Shown here: one piece after another, positions 46,885 to 56,781 of the stretch
How positions within the stretch are numbered: position 1 is the first letter of the stretch
Layout of the letters: every line of letters starts with the position of its first letter
NCBI GenBank assembly: GCA_964429875.1
Contig: CAYSDL010000002.1
Location: 5,270 to 69,269, forward strand
DNA length: 64,000 bases
Source of the DNA: an uncultured bacterium
GTDB taxonomy: Bacteria > Fidelibacterota > Marinisomatia > SCGC-AAA003-L08 > D37C17
Direction of reading: 5' to 3'
Notes under the pieces: generated by a model
What the model was told of the DNA's origin: nothing
Database searches by the model: none
The model's input: only the letters and a program-made list of their open reading frames with translations
Position numbers and translations under genes: made by a program

Positions 46885-49275
46885 CTATCTAATAACTAAA
46901 TTTATAATTTTACCTGGTACATAAATTTCTTTAATAATTTCTTTGTCGTCAATATGTTTTTTAACATTATCGTGATCTTTTGCCTGTATTAATATTTCAT
47001 CTTTTGTCATTGACGTTTCAACCTCAATATTTCCTCTCAGCTTTCCATTAACTTGAATAGATATATTCATTGTATTTTTAGATAGCTTTGACTCATCATG
47101 TGTTGGCCAAGACTGAGAAAATACGCTTGATTTATTGCCAATAGATTCCCATAGCTCCTCTGATAGATGCGGTGCAAATGGGCCCATTAATTTTATAAAA
47201 TCTTTAGCCATTTCATTTGAAATACCTTTATTATAAAAATAATTAACATACTCCATTAGTTTACTTAGACACGTATTAAACTTTAAATCAGAAAGGTCAT
47301 GCGTAACTAACTTTATCGTATTGTGATGAACGTACATATCATCTGCTTTAAAATCTTCATCCTTGATATTGTTACATAGTCTCATTGATCTTTTTAAAAA
47401 TCTATCTATACCTGTAATACCTTTATCATTCCAATCTCCACCCTCATCAAAAGGACCCATGAACATCAAATAACATCTAAACGTATCTGATCCATAATTT
47501 TCAACAAATTCATCTGGAGATACAGTATTCCCTTTAGATTTAGACATTTTAGAACCATCTTTAGTAATGGTTCCCTGATGAAATAAATGTTTAAACGGTT
47601 CATCAAAATTTAAATGGCCTAAATCTCTTAATGCTTTTGTAACAAATCTTGCGTAAAGAAGGTGCATCGTTGCATGCTCTGCCCCTCCAATATAATGATC
47701 AACTGGCAACCACTTTAAATTTTCTTTTGTAAATGGAACTTCATCATTATCAGGGTCAACATACCTAAGATAATACCAGGAGGAGCATACGAATGTATCC
47801 ATCGTATCAATCTCAGGCTTCCACCCTGCTCCAAATATTTCCTCAGTTTTTTTAATAAGATTTTTAGAAGATCCAAGTGGAGATGTTCCTTTTGGTTTAT
47901 ACTCAACATCATCAGGTAATAGCCATGGAAGATGTTCTTCAGGTATAGGATGGGGATTTCCATCAGGATCATAAACAATAGGTATGGGTGCACCCCAGTA
48001 TCTTTGCCTTGAGATCAGCCAATCTTTTAAACGATAGTTTATATCCTTTTCTCCTATATTATTCTCTTCTAGCCATGATATCATTTTTCTTTTTGCATCT
48101 TTAGTAGATAAGCCATCCAAGAAACCTGAGTTAACAGCTGTTCCATTTCCAATAAAAGCATTATCATTTATTGATATATTATTGCCATCATCTACAACTT
48201 TTACTATATCAAGAAAATATTTTTGTGCAAATTCAAAATCTCTCTGATCATGCCCTGGCACAGCCATTATTGCGCCAGTCCCATACCCCGTTAAAACGTA
48301 ATCTGCTATCCATATCTGTATTTTATTTTTATTTACAGGATTTATTGCATAGGATCCTGTAAAAACTCCTGTTTTATCTTTATTTAAATCTAATCGCTGA
48401 AGCTCACTTTTCTTTGAAGCATTTCTGCAATATTCTTCAACGCTTTTTTTGTTATCAGAGGAGGTTATTTTATCAACAAGATCATGCTCAGGAGAAATAA
48501 CCATATAGGTTGATCCAAATAATGTATCAGGCCTTGTTGTAAACACCTCTATCTTAGAATTATACTTATCTATATTAAAATCTATTTTAGCCCCTGAGCT
48601 TTTTCCAATCCAGTTTTTTTGCATAAGCATTGTTTTCTCTGGCCATTTAACTGAATCAAAATTCAATAGTTCATCTGCATATTCTGTTATTTTAAAAAAC
48701 CACTGCTTTAAAGGTTTTTGTATGACCTCTGCTCCCGATCTATCAGAAGTACCATCGCTTTTAACCTGCTCATTTGCAAGAACTGTCTGATCTACTGGAT
48801 CCCAATTAACCATAGCCTCTTTTTGATATGCAAGATCATTATTATATAATTGAAGGAACAACCACTGTGTCCACTTATAGTACTCAGGAATACTTGTATT
48901 TACTTCTTTTGACCAATCAAACATCCCGCCTATTTCTTTTAACTGATCCTTCATCTTCGAAATATTCTTCTCTGTGCTTATTTTTGGATGAACACCGTGT
49001 TTTATAGCAAAGTTTTCAGCTGGCAATCCAAAAGCATCAAATCCTTGGGGCTGAAAAACATTATAACCTCTCATTTTAAGAAATCTTGCAAAAGTATCAG
49101 CTGGACCATAATTATACCAGTGGCCTATATGGAGTCTATCGCCGGATGGATAACTAAACATTGTAAGACAATATTTTTTATTTTCAGATGAAGTTATATC
49201 AGTTAAATGATTATGTGATGATTCCCATTTATCTCGCCATTTTTTCTCAATTTTTTTAAAATTTACATCAGTCAT
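46885..49275 (-). CDS. leuS: Leucine--tRNA ligase
   Basis: PYPSGD-type MFSYPSGDRLHIGHWYNY (HIGH). KMSKSKGN (KMSKS). Editing domain TTRPDTLFG. Confidence 0.95.
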   Translation of the reverse strand: MTDVNFKKIEKKWRDKWESSHNHLTDITSSENKKYCLTMFSYPSGDRLHIGHWYNYGPADTFARFLKMRGYNVFQPQGFDAFGLPAENFAIKHGVHPKISTEKNISKMKDQLKEIGGMFDWSKEVNTSIPEYYKWTQWLFLQLYNNDLAYQKEAMVNWDPVDQTVLANEQVKSDGTSDRSGAEVIQKPLKQWFFKITEYADELLNFDSVKWPEKTMLMQKNWIGKSSGAKIDFNIDKYNSKIEVFTTRPDTLFGSTYMVISPEHDLVDKITSSDNKKSVEEYCRNASKKSELQRLDLNKDKTGVFTGSYAINPVNKNKIQIWIADYVLTGYGTGAIMAVPGHDQRDFEFAQKYFLDIVKVVDDGNNISINDNAFIGNGTAVNSGFLDGLSTKDAKRKMISWLEENNIGEKDINYRLKDWLISRQRYWGAPIPIVYDPDGNPHPIPEEHLPWLLPDDVEYKPKGTSPLGSSKNLIKKTEEIFGAGWKPEIDTMDTFVCSSWYYLRYVDPDNDEVPFTKENLKWLPVDHYIGGAEHATMHLLYARFVTKALRDLGHLNFDEPFKHLFHQGTITKDGSKMSKSKGNTVSPDEFVENYGSDTFRCYLMFMGPFDEGGDWNDKGITGIDRFLKRSMRLCNNIKDEDFKADDMYVHHNTIKLVTHDLSDLKFNTCLSKLMEYVNYFYNKGISNEMAKDFIKLMGPFAPHLSEELWESIGNKSSVFSQSWPTHDESKLSKNTMNISIQVNGKLRGNIEVETSMTKDEILIQAKDHDNVKKHIDDKEIIKEIYVPGKIINLVIR

Positions 49276-49312
49276 ATTTAATGTATTACTTTAATTATTT
49301 GTTATATATCCT

Positions 49313-50062
49313 TTATATAGGAGAGTTACATAATTTTATATTTTTAACATTTTCATTTATCAATTTTTCAAACATCGTTCCGCATACTACAAAAGATGCT
49401 CCAGCTTTAACAATATCTACCATATCATTTTCATTTAAAATTCCCCCACCTACCATTATTGGTATTGAAACATAGCTAGAAATATAATCAATTAAATCTA
49501 GTTGCATTATGTTTTTAGCGCCACTGCCGCAATCAAAATAAATTATTTTATTTCCAAGATACTCGCCAGCTAGTGCATGGCTTAAAATAAGATCCTTATC
49601 ATCCATATCCAAAGGAACTGTATTACTAACTTTTTGAACGCTAGTAACAGTCCCACCATCTAACAGAATATATGCTGTCGGTATAACATCAATATTATAC
49701 TGTTTAATTTTAACAGCACCCTTTACTTGCTCATCTATAAGAAACCTTGGATTTCTACCACTGATTAAATTTAAATATAACATTGATTTAATATGAGGGG
49801 TAATTTGATTAGAATCTCCGGGAAACAGAATAATTGGAAGCTTTGATAACTCATTAATCTTAATTATTCGATCTTCATACCCATTATTTTCAACCATACT
49901 ACCACCAACGAGAATAATATCAAAATTAGAGCCATTTATTGATTCAATAGTCTTATTTAGTATTTTATCATTTTTTTCATCTGGATCAATTAGAGCAAAT
50001 TTAACAAAACCATTTTTCTCTCTTATTTCATTAATTTTTTTATATGTACAACTATCAATCAT
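49313..50062 (-). CDS. Geranylgeranylglyceryl / heptaprenylglyceryl phosphate synthase family protein (GGGPS/PcrB)
   Basis: FALIDPD, ILVGGS, PIILFPGD, LNLISGRNPRFLIDEQ, YFDCGSGA and VGGGI...AGASFVVCG are collinear with PcrB/GGGPS TIM-barrel motifs. The start overlaps the gcvPA stop by 4 nt. Confidence 0.8.
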   Translation of the reverse strand: MIDSCTYKKINEIREKNGFVKFALIDPDEKNDKILNKTIESINGSNFDIILVGGSMVENNGYEDRIIKINELSKLPIILFPGDSNQITPHIKSMLYLNLISGRNPRFLIDEQVKGAVKIKQYNIDVIPTAYILLDGGTVTSVQKVSNTVPLDMDDKDLILSHALAGEYLGNKIIYFDCGSGAKNIMQLDLIDYISSYVSIPIMVGGGILNENDMVDIVKAGASFVVCGTMFEKLINENVKNIKLCNSPI

Positions 50063-51390
50063 TTACACGACAAAAGATACTCAATGAGCTTATCTATATC
50101 ATTTCGGGATCTTTTTTCAGTAAAAGCAAGAAGCAACAAGTTATCTGAAAGATCATTTACCGGAATATCGATCAATATATTTCTCTTTATGGCTTCTCTT
50201 TGTATGTTTTTAGCTGATAATTTTGTCTTAACTACAAATTCCTTAATAAAAGATCGATTATCCTCAAATAGAGCGAAATTATCCATTTTCTCAATAGCTG
50301 AAGCAGCATATTGCGCATTATTATAACAAAGCTTAGCAACACCTGGAAGCCCTTGTTTACCAAGTAAAGCCATGTAAATAGTGCATCGCAAAGCCAACAA
50401 TCCTTGATTAGTGCATATGTTCGAAGTTGCCCTCTCTCTTCGAATATGCTGCTCTCTTGTTTGCAATGTCATCACATAACCATTTTTACCATCCAGATCT
50501 ATTGTTTTACCAATAATTCTCCCCGGCATTTTTCTTGCATATTTTAATTTAGTTGCAAAAAGCCCAATATAAGGCCCACCTAATTGCATATAATTACCAA
50601 GTGGCTGCCCCTCGCCAACATACACATCACATCCAGAGTCACCTGGAGATTTTAATAATGACATTGATATTGGATCAGATACACAGATCAACAACGATTC
50701 TTCCTTAACGGCACTGATTTTCTCAATATTTTCAATTAGACCATAATAATTAGGATTTTGGACAACAATACACGCAACATCATCTGACATAATATTTTCT
50801 ATAGAATTATTATTAATTAAACCGTTTGATGATTTAATAATATCTATTTTAACATTACGTTCCTTGAAGTAAGTCTTAACAACCTCTATGTAATTAGGAT
50901 TCACCATATCAGATATTAATATTCTATTTCTTTTATCTGATTTTATTGACATTGAGCAAGCCTCAGCTATTGAAGAAGCACAATCATAAAGTGATGCATT
51001 CGCAATTTCCATGCCTGACAATTGACATAGCATTGATTGAAATTCATATAAATATTGAAGCGTGCCCTGACTCACTTCTGGTTGATAAGGTGTATAGGCA
51101 GTATAAAATTCAGATCTACTTGACAAAGTATCTACTATTCTTGGTATATAATGATCGTAGGATCCTCCACCTAAAAAACAAATAGAGTTTTGCGCATGCA
51201 AATTAGAATTAGATAAAATTGATAGATCTAAGTCAATTTCTTGTTCACTCTGAAAATCATTCAATTCTAAGGATTCTATATCATATCTATATTTTTCTGG
51301 AATAATTTTAAATAACTCATCAACGTTGTTGATTCCTATGGTCGACAACATATCTTCAACATCTTTATTTGTTTGTGGAATATTTGTCAT
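50059..51390 (-). CDS. gcvPA: Glycine dehydrogenase (decarboxylating) subunit 1
   Basis: 443 aa. FLGGGSYDHYIP, EFYTAYTPYQPEVSQGTLQ, REQHIRRERATSNICTNQ. Confidence 0.92.
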   Translation of the reverse strand: MTNIPQTNKDVEDMLSTIGINNVDELFKIIPEKYRYDIESLELNDFQSEQEIDLDLSILSNSNLHAQNSICFLGGGSYDHYIPRIVDTLSSRSEFYTAYTPYQPEVSQGTLQYLYEFQSMLCQLSGMEIANASLYDCASSIAEACSMSIKSDKRNRILISDMVNPNYIEVVKTYFKERNVKIDIIKSSNGLINNNSIENIMSDDVACIVVQNPNYYGLIENIEKISAVKEESLLICVSDPISMSLLKSPGDSGCDVYVGEGQPLGNYMQLGGPYIGLFATKLKYARKMPGRIIGKTIDLDGKNGYVMTLQTREQHIRRERATSNICTNQGLLALRCTIYMALLGKQGLPGVAKLCYNNAQYAASAIEKMDNFALFEDNRSFIKEFVVKTKLSAKNIQREAIKRNILIDIPVNDLSDNLLLLAFTEKRSRNDIDKLIEYLLSCK

Positions 51391-51391
51391 A

Positions 51392-51763
51392 TTATATTAT
51401 TTTTTTATAATCATCATATGATAAAAGAGATTTTAGATCGTCATTATTTTTTAATTTTACTTTAACTATCCATCCATTATTATACGGATCATTATTTATA
51501 GTTTCTGGCTCAGCATCAAGGGCTTCATTAATTTCTAATATCTTCGAAGAAACTGGCATATATAAATCAGCAACAGTTTTAACAGCTTCAATTGTTCCAA
51601 AAACATCATTTGAATTAAATTCTTCACCTACTTCTGGAAATTCAACAAAGATTATATCTCCAAGTTCACTTTGCGCATGATTCGTAATTCCAATAAAGGC
51701 ACAACCTTCCTTAAGACTTATCCATTCATGATCTTTTGTAAAAAGTAAATCTTTTTCGTTCAT
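51392..51763 (-). CDS. gcvH: Glycine cleavage system H protein
   Basis: FTKDHEWI, LGDIIFVEFPEVG, and lipoyl-lysine context IEAVKTVADLYMPVS. Confidence 0.93.
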   Translation of the reverse strand: MNEKDLLFTKDHEWISLKEGCAFIGITNHAQSELGDIIFVEFPEVGEEFNSNDVFGTIEAVKTVADLYMPVSSKILEINEALDAEPETINNDPYNNGWIVKVKLKNNDDLKSLLSYDDYKKII

Positions 51764-51772
51764 TTTTATTCC

Positions 51773-53113
51773 TTATATTTTTTCATTTAAAAAATTTGTA
51801 TTAAAATTTCCATTTATAAAGTTTTTATTTTTGAGAATCGTTTTCTGAAAAGGTATTGTTGTTTTTATACCTTCAATCACACATTCATCCAATGCTCCAA
51901 GCATTCTACTTATAGCTTCGTTCCTATCATGACCACTAACAATAATTTTAGCAATCATAGAATCATAACTAGAGGGCACGGTATAACCTGAATATATATG
52001 GGTATCTACACGCACACCCATTCCCCCAGGTAAATGCAAAGAAGTTATAAGTCCAGGTGAAGGCATAAAATTATTATCAGGGTCTTCAGCATTTATTCTA
52101 CATTCTATAGAATGACCTCTGCTTTTAACTTTATTTAACCATTTTGGAAGAGTGTATCCTGAATGACACAAAATTTGATTTTTAATTAAGTCGAAATTAG
52201 TAACAAATTCTGTAACTGGATGTTCAACTTGAATACGTGTATTCATTTCCATAAAATAATATTTTGAAGAATCTACATCATATAAATACTCAATAGTACC
52301 AACTCCTAAATATCTTGTTTTTTCTATTACTTCCTTTGATTTTTTTAACATACTATCTCTTACATCAGAATCAATAGCAATAGAAGGAGATTCTTCAATA
52401 ATTTTTTGATGTCGCCTTTGTATAGAACACTCTCTTTCACAAAGAGCATAAGCATTATTTTCTTTATCATTTATAACCTGAATTTCAATATGCTTTGGAT
52501 TAGTAAAATATTTTTCTAAATAAACACGATCATCATTGAATGAAATTTTAGCTTCTGCCTGAGCAGTTTCAAACGAATGTTTAAACTCTTCCTTCGAATG
52601 AACTAATCGCATACCTCTTCCACCTCCACCTGATGTAGCTTTTATTATAACTGGATATCCAATTTCATCAGCTATTTCCATACCTTCTTCAAATGAAGAC
52701 AAATTACCGTGCGACCCTGGTATAACAGGCAAACCAAGGTTTTTCATTGTTTTTTTTGCTTCGGATTTATCACCCATTGTTTTGATTGTATCAGCATCAG
52801 GGCCAATAAATGTAATATTATTATCTTTGCAAATTGATGAAAAATTAGAACTTTCAGACAAAAAACCATAACCTGGATGTATAGCATCAGCATTAGTTAA
52901 TTCTGCAGCAGAGATAATTGCTGGAATATTTAAATAACTTAAGATAGGATTAGATGGGCCTATACATATTGCTTCATTAGCAAATTTCTTATGTAAAGAC
53001 AAATCATCGCTTTCTGAATAAATTGCTACAGTTTCAATTCCAAGTTCTCGGCATGCTCTAATAATACGAAGTGCAATTTCTCCACGATTTGCAATTAATA
53101 TCTTTTGAAACAT
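51773..53113 (-). CDS. accC: Acetyl-CoA carboxylase, biotin carboxylase subunit
   Basis: MFQKILIANRGEIALRIIRAC, HPGYGFLSE, GGGGRGMR, EMNTRIQVEHPVTE. Confidence 0.95.
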   Translation of the reverse strand: MFQKILIANRGEIALRIIRACRELGIETVAIYSESDDLSLHKKFANEAICIGPSNPILSYLNIPAIISAAELTNADAIHPGYGFLSESSNFSSICKDNNITFIGPDADTIKTMGDKSEAKKTMKNLGLPVIPGSHGNLSSFEEGMEIADEIGYPVIIKATSGGGGRGMRLVHSKEEFKHSFETAQAEAKISFNDDRVYLEKYFTNPKHIEIQVINDKENNAYALCERECSIQRRHQKIIEESPSIAIDSDVRDSMLKKSKEVIEKTRYLGVGTIEYLYDVDSSKYYFMEMNTRIQVEHPVTEFVTNFDLIKNQILCHSGYTLPKWLNKVKSRGHSIECRINAEDPDNNFMPSPGLITSLHLPGGMGVRVDTHIYSGYTVPSSYDSMIAKIIVSGHDRNEAISRMLGALDECVIEGIKTTIPFQKTILKNKNFINGNFNTNFLNEKI

Positions 53114-53635
53114 TTAATTTTCTTTAATTTTAAATAATGGTTGACCATATTCAACAGGTTCTCCATTTTTGATTAAAATTTCTACTACTACACCATTGTA
53201 CTCAGACTCTATTTCATTAAATATTTTCATAGCCTCTACAATACATAATGTTTTTCCTTTACTGATTTTATCACCAATATTTACAAAAGGTGGATCGCCA
53301 GGCTTAGAAGATTCATAGCAAGTACCAACAAGAGGAGATTCAATAACTGTTAGATTTTGAATTATATCATCTTTATCCGAATTTTCAATTAATATATCTG
53401 AATTTTCATCATCATCACTAGATGAAATTTCATTACTAACGTCCAGATCTTCATCCTTAAATTGATTTTCATTATTTTTAGATTTAACAGGATTAATACT
53501 AGAATCAATTTTTCCACTTGTATTTTTTGATAATTTTATTTTTTGGAATCCCCAAAATGAGGATATTGACACCTCGTTAATATCAGTATCTTTAATTGCA
53601 TCAATAATTTTTTTAATTTTATTTTTTAAAGTCAT
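53114..53635 (-). CDS. accB: Biotin carboxyl carrier protein
   Basis: C-terminal biotinyl domain with the CIVEAMKIFNEIE motif. Acidic low-complexity linker. Confidence 0.92.
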   Translation of the reverse strand: MTLKNKIKKIIDAIKDTDINEVSISSFWGFQKIKLSKNTSGKIDSSINPVKSKNNENQFKDEDLDVSNEISSSDDDENSDILIENSDKDDIIQNLTVIESPLVGTCYESSKPGDPPFVNIGDKISKGKTLCIVEAMKIFNEIESEYNGVVVEILIKNGEPVEYGQPLFKIKEN

Positions 53636-54195
53636 TTTATTCGTTCAATATAACGTTTATCTCTAGTATCAACACGTATTATTTCATTTTCTTGAATAAA
53701 TAAAGGAACATTAATAGTTATGCCACTTTCTAATTTAGCAGGCTTTGTACCACCTTGAGCTGTATTTCCTTTTTCTCCAGGATCAGTTTTAATTACTTTC
53801 AAGTTCATATGTGTAGGGATTCTTATTTCTATTGCTTCATCTCCATTAAAAACTATAGTGACTTCGGTATTTTCTACAAGAAACAATAATGAATTTTCAT
53901 CAATCTGGTCCTTATTTAAAGATATTTGTTCATAAGTTTCCTGATCCATAAAGTAGTATGAATCTGCATCGTTATAAATATAATTATAATTTTTTGCTTC
54001 AATGCGAACACTCTCAATTTTCTGGCCTGCTCGGAAAGTTTCATCAACAACCTGGCCAGTCCTTACATTCTTCAGTTTGGTTCTAACAAATGCACCTCCT
54101 TTACCAGGCTTAACGTGCAAGAACTCTATTATTTTCCATAAACCATTTTTATGATTTAATATCATACCATTCTTAATATCAGAAGTATTTGCCAT
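53632..54195 (-). CDS. efp: Elongation factor P
   Basis: MANTSDIKNGMIL...HVKPGKGGAFVRTKLKN...GGTKPAKLESG. Confidence 0.95.
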   Translation of the reverse strand: MANTSDIKNGMILNHKNGLWKIIEFLHVKPGKGGAFVRTKLKNVRTGQVVDETFRAGQKIESVRIEAKNYNYIYNDADSYYFMDQETYEQISLNKDQIDENSLLFLVENTEVTIVFNGDEAIEIRIPTHMNLKVIKTDPGEKGNTAQGGTKPAKLESGITINVPLFIQENEIIRVDTRDKRYIERIK

Positions 54196-54278
54196 ATATA
54201 TGCACCTTGAATTATATATATAAATTATTTACATAATTTAATTATTTATAATATTAATTATATATTTAAAAAAGAATG

Positions 54279-54737
54279 TTATTTAAGATTTATTAATGAA
54301 TCGGATTTATCAATTAAAGGTTTAAGATTTTCCAGTTCATATTGGATAGAAGGAATTAGATCATCATTCGGATACTTTTTAATAAATTCTTTATAATAAT
54401 AATTTGCATCAGTATAAGAATCAGTATAATTTGCATAAACATAACCTAATGTAAATAATGATTTCTTATTTTCAGCAGACGTAGGGTACTCTGTTAATAT
54501 TTGATTCAGAAAGGATATTGCTATATCGTATTGTTTATATTCATTTAAATAGATTTCAGAAATTAAATAATAAGATTTAGGTGCAAAAGAGCTATCATAA
54601 TATTTTTCAGCAATTACGTTAAGTTTAACGACGCATTCACTAAATCTCCCTTTATCATAGTCATCAATTGCATTACTCCATGCTTTTTCAATATCAATAT
54701 CTGACTGATCGCATGAAAATGTAGACAAAATAAACAA
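54279..54737 (-). CDS. TPR-repeat lipoprotein (BamD/YbgF-like); true start probably ATA 54773 or ATT 54770
   Basis: TPR-like YYLISEIYLNEYKQYDIAISFLNQILTEYP and LFTLGYVYANYTDSYTDANYYYKEFIKKYP. The listed TTG start leaves only MFILSTFSC before the lipobox Cys. The frame is open upstream and reads [23 protein letters not shown], with GGAG 7 nt before ATA. Confidence 0.7.
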   Translation of the reverse strand: MFILSTFSCDQSDIDIEKAWSNAIDDYDKGRFSECVVKLNVIAEKYYDSSFAPKSYYLISEIYLNEYKQYDIAISFLNQILTEYPTSAENKKSLFTLGYVYANYTDSYTDANYYYKEFIKKYPNDDLIPSIQYELENLKPLIDKSDSLINLK

Positions 54738-54769
54738 ACATAAAATACAGTTGGATAAAAATGTTTTAA

Positions 54770-56683
54770 TTATTTTTTTTCTCCTTCCTCTTCAACTACC
54801 TCATAATCAGCATCTTGGACTTCATCTTTTTTTCCATCTTTCGATGATGATTTAGATGCAGGATCTTTATCTTGTCCATTTGCCTGAGCATCTTTGTAAA
54901 GTTTCTCAGAAACTTCAGAAAAAACCTTATTTAGATTTTCAACAGCTGCTTTAATTGCATCTTTATCATTAGTTTCTTTTGCTTTTTTCAACTCATCAAG
55001 TTTTCCAGTTATTAATTCAGAATCTTTTTCAGAAAGCTTATCTTTTAATTCTTCAAGTTGTTTTTCAGTTTGATGTATCATTTGATCTGCTTGATTGATA
55101 GTTTCTACATATTCTTTTTTCTCAGAGTCTTCTTTTTTATGTTCCTCTGCATCTCTTTTCATTTTTTCTATATCAGCATCAGATAGTCCACTTGAAGCTT
55201 CTATTCTAATAGATTGTTCTTTATTCGTGGCTTTGTCAACGGCTGAAACATTCAGTATACCATTTGCATCTATATCAAAAGACACTTCAATTTGAGGAAC
55301 TCCGCGCGGCGATGATGGTATACCATCAAGATGAAATCTTCCTAATGATTTATTTCCAGTTGCCATCTCCCTTTCACCTTGGAGTATATGAACTTCAACA
55401 GACGTTTGATTATCAGCTGCTGTAGAGAATATTTGACTTTTTTTACTTGGGATAGTTGTATTTGATTCAATCAGCTTTGTAAATACACCACCTAACGTTT
55501 CAATACCTAATGATAAAGGTGTAACATCAAGCAACACAACATCTTCAACATCGCCGGCCAAAACACCGCCTTGAATTGCAGCACCTAAAGCAACAACTTC
55601 ATCAGGATTTACACCTTGATGTATTTCTTTATTAAATATTTCCTTAATGGTCTTTTGAACTAAGGGTACTCTAGTAGATCCACCAACAAGAATAACTTCA
55701 TCTATCTCAGATGATTTAATATCTGCATCACTAAGAGCTTTTTTACAAGGATTTACAGTTTTTGCAACTAAGTCACCTATTAAAGACTCAAACTTCGCTC
55801 TTGATAGAGAGAGTAGAAGGTTTTTAGGTCCTTCATCATTAGTTGCAATAAATGGTAAATTTATTTCAGTTTGTTTTGAAGAAGAAAGTTCACATTTAGC
55901 TTTTTCTGCAGCCTCTTTTAGTCTTTGAAGAGCCATTGAATCTTTTGATAAATCAATTTTATCAGAATCATTAAACTTTTTAACCATCCAATCAACTAGA
56001 GCATTATCAAAATCATCACCACCTAACATTGTATCTCCATTAGTTGATTTTACTTCAAAAACGCCATCACCAAGCTCAAGTATTGAAATATCAAATGTAC
56101 CTCCACCTAAATCATATACGGCGATCTTTTTATCTCCTACTTTATCTAGTCCATAAGCTAATGCAGCTGCAGTTGGTTCATTTATAATTCTTTTCACCTC
56201 TAAACCAGCTATTGTTCCAGCATCTTTAGTTGCTTGACGCTGATCATCGTTAAAATATGCTGGAACTGTTATAACTGCTTCTTTTACAGTTTCACCAAGA
56301 TAGTCTTCAGCTGTCTTTTTAAGATTCTGCAATACAATTGCGCTAATTTGTGGTGCAGCATACTTACCTTTATCAACTTTTATTTTAACTGAACCTTTAT
56401 CTCCAGACACTATTTCATAAGGAAGTCTTTTAGATTCACCTTTCATCTCAGTAAAGGATCTACCAATAAATCTCTTTGCAGAGAAAATGGTGTTTTTTGG
56501 ATTTGTCACAGCTTGTCTTTTTGCAGATTGACCAACGAGAGTGTCTCCATCTTTTGAAAATGCCACAATCGAAGGAGTTGTACGCAAACCTTCAGAATTT
56601 GTAATTACAACAGGCTTACCTCCTTCTATTACAGCAACGCAGGAGTTTGTTGTACCTAGATCTATACCAATAATTTTACTCAT
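54770..56683 (-). CDS. dnaK: Molecular chaperone DnaK (Hsp70)
   Basis: [37 protein letters not shown]. Confidence 0.97.
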   Translation of the reverse strand: MSKIIGIDLGTTNSCVAVIEGGKPVVITNSEGLRTTPSIVAFSKDGDTLVGQSAKRQAVTNPKNTIFSAKRFIGRSFTEMKGESKRLPYEIVSGDKGSVKIKVDKGKYAAPQISAIVLQNLKKTAEDYLGETVKEAVITVPAYFNDDQRQATKDAGTIAGLEVKRIINEPTAAALAYGLDKVGDKKIAVYDLGGGTFDISILELGDGVFEVKSTNGDTMLGGDDFDNALVDWMVKKFNDSDKIDLSKDSMALQRLKEAAEKAKCELSSSKQTEINLPFIATNDEGPKNLLLSLSRAKFESLIGDLVAKTVNPCKKALSDADIKSSEIDEVILVGGSTRVPLVQKTIKEIFNKEIHQGVNPDEVVALGAAIQGGVLAGDVEDVVLLDVTPLSLGIETLGGVFTKLIESNTTIPSKKSQIFSTAADNQTSVEVHILQGEREMATGNKSLGRFHLDGIPSSPRGVPQIEVSFDIDANGILNVSAVDKATNKEQSIRIEASSGLSDADIEKMKRDAEEHKKEDSEKKEYVETINQADQMIHQTEKQLEELKDKLSEKDSELITGKLDELKKAKETNDKDAIKAAVENLNKVFSEVSEKLYKDAQANGQDKDPASKSSSKDGKKDEVQDADYEVVEEEGEKK

Positions 56684-56710
56684 TATAAATTTACCTCACT
56701 ATAGTTAAAA

Positions 56711-56747
56711 AATAATTATCATCACATAAGAATAATTACAATAATTA
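56711..56747. repeat. Three exact copies of the octamer TAATTATT (dnaK-sense) in the clpC-dnaK spacer
   Basis: Plus-strand aataatta at 56711-56718, 56731-56738 and 56740-56747. The last two copies are separated by 1 nt. Confidence 0.4.
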
Positions 56748-56781
56748 TGCCAAATAGCTAGAGTAAGACGTTTTGTCATGT

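Noticed and set aside
49281-49475. Plus-strand 64-aa ORF in and next to the leuS-GGGPS spacer.
   Set aside because: It mostly overlaps the 3' end of the GGGPS-family gene on the other strand. The peptide is low-complexity and has no SD.
56738-56752. Sigma-54-like promoter TGGCAT-N5-TTGT upstream of dnaK (dnaK sense: tggcataattattgt).
   Set aside because: The spacing fits GG-N10-GC, but the invariant -12 GC is GT. There is no enhancer-binding protein gene nearby. The match overlaps the AT-rich octamer repeats, so chance is likely.
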